A stretch of 23,326 nt of DNA from positions 3,757-27,082 of the forward strand of contig CAVFPH010000019.1 in the NCBI GenBank assembly GCA_963624325.1, read 5' to 3'. How positions within the stretch are numbered: position 1 is the stretch's first letter; each line of letters opens with the position of its first letter. This stretch comes from a bacterium (GTDB taxonomy: Bacteria; Bacillota; Clostridia; Christensenellales; Aristaeellaceae). A model generated the notes under the pieces. It was not told where the DNA came from, did not search any database, and saw only the letters and a list, made by a program, of their open reading frames with translations. The position numbers were made by a program, and so were the translations under genes. Below, piece by piece: positions 1 through 5,284 of this stretch.

Positions 1-2
1 GT

Positions 3-233
3 GCCTGCCGTGTTACCGCCAGCGAGGATGGCGGCAAGCGCAAGTATATCCGTAATTTGATCGACAGACTCTCCGAGGATAACCCGAAAGTCAAAAACAA
101 CATTTTTGCCGCACTGTCGGCGGTTGATTTGGATACGGTGCTGGGCTACCGCGCAGTCGGCGCGGATGCCGTAACACCCTTTACGCAGGATTACACCGCG
201 CCGCAGCGGCCAAAACCGGAGGTGAAAACATGA
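3..233 (+). CDS. 3' end of an upstream CDS cut by the window edge; product not identifiable from the 76 C-terminal residues
   Basis: Frame 3 is open from the window edge (ACRVTASEDGGKRKYIRNLIDRLSEDNPKV...QRPKPEVKT*) with G/C-rich third positions. Its TGA (231-233) overlaps the next gene's ATG (230-232) as ATGA, a typical coupled junction. It is absent from the ORF track because it has no in-window start. Confidence 0.5.
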   Translation, partial: ACRVTASEDGGKRKYIRNLIDRLSEDNPKVKNNIFAALSAVDLDTVLGYRAVGADAVTPFTQDYTAPQRPKPEVKT

Positions 234-1090
234 ATCCGCAGAAGATCGCCATTTTGACGGACTCCTGCACCGATGTCCCGCAGGAACTAATTGCGCAGTA
301 TCAGATGTATGTAGTCCCCATGCGCGTGATCTATCACGATGGGGAATTTACCGACAAGGTGGATATTACCCCGCAGCAGGTGTATGACCGCCTGGAGACG
401 GAAGTGCCGCATACCTCCCTGCCCAGCATTGATACCGTGTGCGATGCCCTGCGCAGCATTGAGCAGGCGGGGTATGAACATGTGATTGCCGTGTCCATCT
501 CCGGCGCACTTTCGGGGACGGGCAATGCCATGCGGTTGGCCGCGGAGCAGTTCCCGAACCTTGACTGCCGCGTGATGGATACCCTGAATATCGGCATCGG
601 AGCGGGTTTTCAGGCAATTTACGCGGGACGGCTGATTGAACAGGGCTTGGATATGGACGAAATCTGCCGAAAAATCCACTACAGCATTGAACATACCCAC
701 GTATACTTTTGCCTGGCAACGCTGGAATATCTGCGCAAGGGCGGAAGAATCGGCCGGGTGGCCTCCATGCTGGGCTCGGTGCTGAACCTGAAACCCATCA
801 TTTCCTGCGATGCGGACGGCGCATACTATGTTGTCAGCAAGGCACGCGGACGGGTTAAGGCCGTCGCAGAGACGGTTGCGCTGGCATTGAAACAGGCACA
901 GGGAAACGCAAAATACTGTATTGCAGTGGCAAACGGCAGCGCAAAGGAGGAAGCCGCCAAGCTGGCAGCCGAGCTGAAAAAGCTGCTGCCAAATGCCCAG
1001 CTGTTTTTGGAATGTGAGGTTAGCCCTGCCCTGGGTGTCCACACCGGCCCGGGGCTGCTGGGCATCGGTGTGCAGCTGCTGGAAGGCTGA
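230..1090 (+). CDS. DegV-family fatty-acid-binding protein (FakB-like)
   Basis: 286-aa ORF with SD GGAGGTG 6 nt upstream. N-terminus KIAILTDSCTDVP, then HTSLPS and VSISGALSGTGNA, match the DegV hallmarks (DS..d.p, TSqPs, lSs.LSGTy). Confidence 0.9.
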   Translation: MNPQKIAILTDSCTDVPQELIAQYQMYVVPMRVIYHDGEFTDKVDITPQQVYDRLETEVPHTSLPSIDTVCDALRSIEQAGYEHVIAVSISGALSGTGNAMRLAAEQFPNLDCRVMDTLNIGIGAGFQAIYAGRLIEQGLDMDEICRKIHYSIEHTHVYFCLATLEYLRKGGRIGRVASMLGSVLNLKPIISCDADGAYYVVSKARGRVKAVAETVALALKQAQGNAKYCIAVANGSAKEEAAKLAAELKKLLPNAQLFLECEVSPALGVHTGPGLLGIGVQLLEG

Positions 1091-1131
1091 ATGCAGACTG
1101 CGCCATCAAGAACAAAATTGCATATACTTGT

Positions 1132-1158
1132 GCCGTGCGCTGTGCGTACGGCATTTTA
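1132..1158 (+). terminator. Rho-independent terminator after the DegV-family gene
   Basis: GCCGTGCGC (1132-1140) / loop TGT / GCGTACGGC (1144-1152) gives a 9-bp stem (one G-U), followed by ATTTTAGG. Confidence 0.6.
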
Positions 1159-1218
1159 GGTAAAGACAGAAAAAAGAATTATTCAACAGAAGCGGCGTCC
1201 GCCAGACAAAATCTTTTA

Positions 1219-1247
1219 TGGACGGACAGCTGAATTGCTGATATAAT
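1219..1247 (+). promoter_or_regulatory. Sigma-A-type promoter with extended -10 for the STAS/PP2C-kinase operon
   Basis: TGaTATAAT (TG 1239-1240, TATAAT 1242-1247). A weak -35 TGGACG (1219-1224, 4/6) sits at 17-nt spacing, just downstream of the DegV terminator. Confidence 0.5.
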
Positions 1248-1306
1248 AGCCAAGTAGGGCAGCTGCTTTTTGCTGCCATCGCATGCGCAAAGCGGGAGAA
1301 GAAGCT

Positions 1307-1606
1307 ATGAGCTTAAACATTGAACAGCACATTTCGGAAAATGCCGTGATCATCCTATCGGGACGGCTGGATACATCCACGGCCCCTCAGCTGGAGGAGG
1401 CAATTGACCGGGCACTGCCGCAGATAGAATCCCTGACGCTGGACCTTGCCGATACGGAATATGTTTCCTCGGCAGGGCTTCGCGTTATTCTGAAGGCATA
1501 CAAGGCCCTTGTGCACAAGGGTGGACTAAAACTTAAGCATGTTCGGGAGAATGTGCGGGAAGTGCTTGATATTACCGGATTTTCGGATTTTCTTGTGATC
1601 GAATAG
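1307..1606 (+). CDS. STAS-domain protein (anti-sigma-factor antagonist family, SpoIIAA/RsbV-like)
   Basis: 99 aa from ATG 1307, with SD GGGAG 1294-1298 at 8-nt spacing. The ORF-track start 1283 has no SD. Motif DLADTEYVSSAGLRVILKAYK aligns with SpoIIAA DLSFMDSSGLGVILGRYK. The Ser aligned to the phosphosite is Ser55. Confidence 0.9.
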   Translation: MSLNIEQHISENAVIILSGRLDTSTAPQLEEAIDRALPQIESLTLDLADTEYVSSAGLRVILKAYKALVHKGGLKLKHVRENVREVLDITGFSDFLVIE

Positions 1607-1637
1607 TGCCTATCTGCCGATGATTGGGGAAAATCAG

Positions 1638-3776
1638 ATGAAAATACTTCAGATGGGAATTGCCACGATGCTTCCGGTGCTTGTCTCCGGATTGCTGATG
1701 CTGCTGACAAAAAAAGTCGCGCGGTTCAGGCAGAACATCGGCAAAAGAAATATGCTGGTGGGCGTGGCATTCGGCATGCTGGCAATTCTGGCCACGGAGT
1801 TCGGAGTTCCTGCCGGCGGCGGCGCGGTGATGAACGTGCGGGATGCCGCCCCGTTGTGCGCAGGGCTTTTCTTCGGCTGCCCCGCCGGCCTTGTTTCCGG
1901 CTTCATCGGCGGCCTGCATCGCTGGCTGTGCATGCATCAGGCAAACGAAATTACCCGCATGGCCTGCGCACTGTCCACTTTTCTTGCGGGAATTTTCAGC
2001 GATATGATGCGGCGGCAGATGTTTGAAAACCGCAATCCCGGGGTGCTTTCCTGCATCGGCATCGGTTCAACCATGGAAGTGCTGCATATGCTGCTGCTTC
2101 TGGCAACAAACCTTGCAAAAGTTTCCCATGCCTTTTCCTTTGTCCAGGCCAGCGCACTGCCCATGTGCATATGCAGCGGCATTTCCGTTGGATTGTCTTC
2201 CTTGATTTGCAGTCTTCCCATTACGCCGGACCGGCTTGAATTTAAATCCAAGAAAATCAGCCATGTCTTTGGCTTTTGGCTGCTGGTATGCGTTATTGTC
2301 GCTTTTTTGACAACCAGTGCTTTTACGCAGCAGGTTGTGTATCGTATCACAACCAACGATGCGGAGCTGTACCGCAAGGTGACGATCTATCTGGTTGCCT
2401 TTATCGAAATCCTGATTTATACGGCGCTTTTTATTCTGATTTATCAAATGCTGAAAAAAAAGATTGTCCGCAACCTGCAAAAGGTGAATGAAGGACTCAA
2501 CGCCATTACAAACGGAAACCTGAATACGGTGATTGATGTACGGGACTTTCGGGAATTTTCCGAGCTTTCGGACGATGTAAACGCCACGGTATCCTCCCTG
2601 AAGCACTATATCAAAGAGGCCGAGGAGCGCATCGACCAGGAGCTTGAAATCGCCAGGCAGATTCAGCATTCCGCCCTTCCATCTGTCTTTCCGCCCTATC
2701 CCGACAGGCAGGAGTTTGAACTGTTTGCGTCCATGAATTCGGCCAAGGAGGTCGGCGGGGATTTTTACGATTTCTATTTTGCGGGCGAAGATCAGCTGGC
2801 CTTTATGATTGCCGATGTATCCGGCAAGGGCATTCCAGCTGCCATGTTCATGATGACGGCAAAGACAACCATCAAGGATCTGGCAGAAAGCGGGCTTCCC
2901 ATCGACGAGGTGATGAACCGCACCAATGAGCGGCTGTGCGCCGGCAACGAGGCAGGCATGTTCGTAACTGCCTGGATGGGTATCCTGAATTTGAAAACAG
3001 GCCTTGTGCGCTTTGTCAATGCCGGGCATAATCCCCCCCTTGTGTGCTGCGGGGACAGCGATTATACGTATTTCAAAACCCGCCCCAATCTGGTGCTTGC
3101 CGGCATGGAGGGGGTTCGTTACCGCGCGGGCGAACTGCAGCTTTCTCCGGGTGATACGATTGTTTTGTACACTGACGGCGTAACCGAGGCCACCAACAGC
3201 AAGGGCAAGCTCTACGGCGAAGAGCGGCTGAACCGTGTGCTCAACACGTACAAAATCCTGCCCATTGAAGAATTATGTGAGCGTATTCGCGCCGATGTGG
3301 ATATTTTTGTGGATGATGCGCCGCAATTTGATGATATTACCCTGCTTGCACTGAAATATAAAGGTGGCGGCATGAAAAAGATGACACTTGAAGCAGCTGT
3401 TGACAACCTTGAACGCGTGACGGCGTTTGTGGATGATTTGCTGGAGGCGCATGGCTGCACGCCTCGCGCCCGCACGCAGATTGACGTGGCCATTGACGAA
3501 ATTTTCTGCAATATTGCCAGCTACGCCTATGCGCCGGGGAAAGGAAGCGTGACCGTGGCGGCCGATGTGCAAAACGGCGCCGCTGTAATTGAGTTTACGG
3601 ATGAAGGCATGCCCTTTAACCCCTTGGCGGCGGACGATCCCGATTTGACGCTGGATGCCGAGGAGCGCGAGGTCGGCGGTCTGGGCATCTATCTGGTAAA
3701 GAAAACGATGGATGATCTGCAGTATACCCGTGAAAACGGGAAAAACATCCTGAAAATCACCAAGCGCATCCAATGA
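1638..3776 (+). CDS. Membrane sensor fused to PP2C (SpoIIE/RsbU-type) phosphatase and RsbW/SpoIIAB-type serine kinase (HATPase_c_2): 5TMR-LYT-like TM domain - HAMP - PP2C - HATPase
   Basis: Single ORF. Alternative in-frame starts are 1620, 1638 and 1653; 1638 is preferred because of GGGGAA 7 nt upstream. The N-terminal ~280 aa are polytopic, with MNVRDAAPLCAGLFFGCPAGLVSGFIGGLHRW resembling LytS/YhcK 5TM receptors. HAMP-like segment: NLQKVNEGLNAITNGNLNTVIDVRDFREFSELSDDVNATVSSL. PP2C motifs: EVGGDFYDF, IADVSGKGIPAAMFM, YTDGVTEA, FDDITLLAL. C-terminal 135 aa carry the N-box DEIFCNIASYA, G1-like FTDEGMPFNP and G2 GGLGIYLV. Confidence 0.9.
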   Translation: MKILQMGIATMLPVLVSGLLMLLTKKVARFRQNIGKRNMLVGVAFGMLAILATEFGVPAGGGAVMNVRDAAPLCAGLFFGCPAGLVSGFIGGLHRWLCMHQANEITRMACALSTFLAGIFSDMMRRQMFENRNPGVLSCIGIGSTMEVLHMLLLLATNLAKVSHAFSFVQASALPMCICSGISVGLSSLICSLPITPDRLEFKSKKISHVFGFWLLVCVIVAFLTTSAFTQQVVYRITTNDAELYRKVTIYLVAFIEILIYTALFILIYQMLKKKIVRNLQKVNEGLNAITNGNLNTVIDVRDFREFSELSDDVNATVSSLKHYIKEAEERIDQELEIARQIQHSALPSVFPPYPDRQEFELFASMNSAKEVGGDFYDFYFAGEDQLAFMIADVSGKGIPAAMFMMTAKTTIKDLAESGLPIDEVMNRTNERLCAGNEAGMFVTAWMGILNLKTGLVRFVNAGHNPPLVCCGDSDYTYFKTRPNLVLAGMEGVRYRAGELQLSPGDTIVLYTDGVTEATNSKGKLYGEERLNRVLNTYKILPIEELCERIRADVDIFVDDAPQFDDITLLALKYKGGGMKKMTLEAAVDNLERVTAFVDDLLEAHGCTPRARTQIDVAIDEIFCNIASYAYAPGKGSVTVAADVQNGAAVIEFTDEGMPFNPLAADDPDLTLDAEEREVGGLGIYLVKKTMDDLQYTRENGKNILKITKRIQ

Positions 3777-3801
3777 ATTAGCAAAGGGAGAGGACAGAAC
3801 C

Positions 3802-4974
3802 ATGCTGAATGCAAGAAGCGAAAATGAAGTGCTGACAATTGCTCTTAGCGGGCATATTGATTCCACCAACGCACCTGAAATGGAAAAAGAGGCCGCCGAG
3901 CTTCGGCAGCAGTACCCGCACAAGGCGCTGGTTCTGGATATGGAGAACCTGGAATACATTTCCAGTGCCGGGCTGCGCGTGATCCTGCGCCTCCGCAAGC
4001 AGGAGGATAACCTGAGCCTGATCAACGTAAGCTCCTCGGTTTATGAGGTGCTGGATATGACGGGCTTTGCCGAGATGATGCCGGTGCAAAAGGCCTTTCG
4101 CCGCCTGAGCGTGGAGGGCTGCGAGGTAATCGGCCGCGGCGCCAACGGCAAGGTTTACCGCTTGGATCGGGATACCATCATCAAGGTCTACTATAACCCC
4201 GACAGCCTGCCCGACATTCGCCGGGAGCGTGAGCTGGCGCGCAAGGCGCTGGTGCTGGGCATCCCCACGGCCATTCCCTTTGACGTGGTTCGGGTGGGGG
4301 ACAGCTACGGCTCGGTGTTTGAGCTGCTCAACGCCAAGTCCTTTTCCAAGCTTCTTATTGCCGATCCCGACCATATGGATGACTATGTGTCCCAGTATGT
4401 TGACCTGCTGAAAACCATCCACAGCACGCACGTAAAGCCGGGCGAAATGCCGCGGATGAAGGATGTCGCCGTCGGCTGGGGCAATTTCCTGCGGGATTAT
4501 TTGCCTGAGGAACAGGCAGAACGCCTGTGCGCCCTGATTGCCGCTGTACCCGATCGGGATACCATGCTGCACGGGGATTATCACACCAACAACCTGATGA
4601 TGCAGGATGGCGAGGCCCTGCTGATTGATATGGATACCGTATGTGTCGGCCACCCGATTTTTGAACTGGCCAGCATGTATCTGGGCTTTGTGGGCTTTGG
4701 CGAGCTGGATCATGAGGTGACAAAAAAGTTCATGGGGCTGGATTATTCCCTCACCTGCGAATTCTGGCGCCGCAGCCTGCGCCGTTATCTGGGCGATGCC
4801 GATGAGAATAGCGTGCGCGCCGTTGAGCGCAAGGCCATGCTGATCGGCTATGCCCGCCTGATGCGCCGCACCATCCGCCGGGAGGCCGATACCGAAAGCG
4901 GCCGGGCCGTGATTGCATCCTGCAAAAAGCACATCGGGGAGCTGCTGCCCACAATCGACACGCTGGATTTTTAA
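3802..4974 (+). CDS. STAS domain fused to an aminoglycoside-phosphotransferase/choline-kinase/CotS-like (eukaryotic-like kinase fold) domain
   Basis: SD AGGGAGAGG lies 8 nt upstream. aa 1-~97 form a STAS domain (DMENLEYISSAGLRVILRLRK; Ser55 at nt 3964-3966). aa ~100-390 carry the Gly-loop IGRGANGKVY, the Lys in IIKVY, the catalytic loop LHGDYHTNNL (HxDxxxxN Brenner motif) and the metal-binding LIDMDT. Confidence 0.85.
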   Translation: MLNARSENEVLTIALSGHIDSTNAPEMEKEAAELRQQYPHKALVLDMENLEYISSAGLRVILRLRKQEDNLSLINVSSSVYEVLDMTGFAEMMPVQKAFRRLSVEGCEVIGRGANGKVYRLDRDTIIKVYYNPDSLPDIRRERELARKALVLGIPTAIPFDVVRVGDSYGSVFELLNAKSFSKLLIADPDHMDDYVSQYVDLLKTIHSTHVKPGEMPRMKDVAVGWGNFLRDYLPEEQAERLCALIAAVPDRDTMLHGDYHTNNLMMQDGEALLIDMDTVCVGHPIFELASMYLGFVGFGELDHEVTKKFMGLDYSLTCEFWRRSLRRYLGDADENSVRAVERKAMLIGYARLMRRTIRREADTESGRAVIASCKKHIGELLPTIDTLDF

Positions 4975-5021
4975 GCCGAAAAAAATTTTTCCTGCCGAAT
5001 TGTAAAAATCAAAATTTGCAC

Positions 5022-5050
5022 TTGCTTTTTTAGCGAATATCTGTTATGCT
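5022..5050 (+). promoter_or_regulatory. Candidate sigma-A promoter for the Cys-rich protein gene leader
   Basis: TTGCTT (5022-5027), a 17-nt spacer, then TATGCT (5045-5050), inside an AT-rich intergenic region. Confidence 0.4.
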
Positions 5051-5116
5051 CAATACGCGTACATGAACGAGATGTAACCAAGTGCAGTTAAACGTGAACA
5101 ATGAGGCAAGACAAAG

Positions 5117-5218
5117 ATGAAAACAATTCTTGATTTTCGGCATTCGATCCTTCAGGAGAAGGGCCTGCCCTTTTACCATACCGTCAAGCCGGTTGTGCCG
5201 CCGCGTGCGGGCTTTTAG
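5117..5218 (+). CDS. Candidate 33-codon leader uORF (MKTILDFRHSILQEKGLPFYHTVKPVVPPRAGF)
   Basis: ATG 5117 follows GAGG (5103-5106, 10-nt spacing). The stop TAG (5216-5218) falls in the loop of the downstream hairpin. It is too short for coding statistics, so this is speculative. Confidence 0.2.
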   Translation: MKTILDFRHSILQEKGLPFYHTVKPVVPPRAGF

Positions 5219-5244
5219 CCTGCGCCCGGCGGTTTTGCTTATTT
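5198..5244 (+). terminator. Intrinsic terminator-like hairpin in the leader of the Cys-rich gene (an attenuator, or the distal terminator of the upstream operon)
   Basis: CCGCCGCGTGCGGGC (5198-5212) / loop TTTTA / GCCTGCGCCCGGCGG (5218-5232): 14 of 15 positions pair (two G-U). It is followed by TTTTGCTTATTT. Confidence 0.6.
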
Positions 5245-5284
5245 CAGTTTCAAATACAGTTTTTTACAGCGAAAGGAGAAAGAA

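Noticed and set aside
3-233. Assigning the truncated upstream CDS as the C-terminus of fatty-acid kinase FakA (DAK2-domain protein), because a DegV/FakB-like gene follows with an ATGA overlap.
   Set aside because: The pairing is plausible on functional grounds. However, I do not recognise any diagnostic motif in the 76 visible residues, so the product is left unassigned.
1196-1224. Inverted repeat CGTCC...GGACG overlapping the -35 region of the STAS operon promoter, as a possible operator.
   Set aside because: The arms are only 5 bp and the spacer is 19 nt. That is well within chance expectation for GC-rich sequence.
1258-1277. GGCAGC-N8-GCTGCC hairpin in the 5' UTR of the STAS gene.
   Set aside because: The stem is 6 bp with no U-tract and no recognisable riboswitch context. 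At most it is an mRNA-stabilising stem-loop, which is not enough to call a feature.
5188-5206. GGTTGTGCCGCCGCG just before the leader hairpin, which vaguely resembles the T-box consensus (GGTGGTACCGCG).
   Set aside because: The match is imperfect. I see no specifier loop, AG bulge or Stem I features upstream, and the downstream gene is not an aminoacyl-tRNA synthetase or amino-acid gene.
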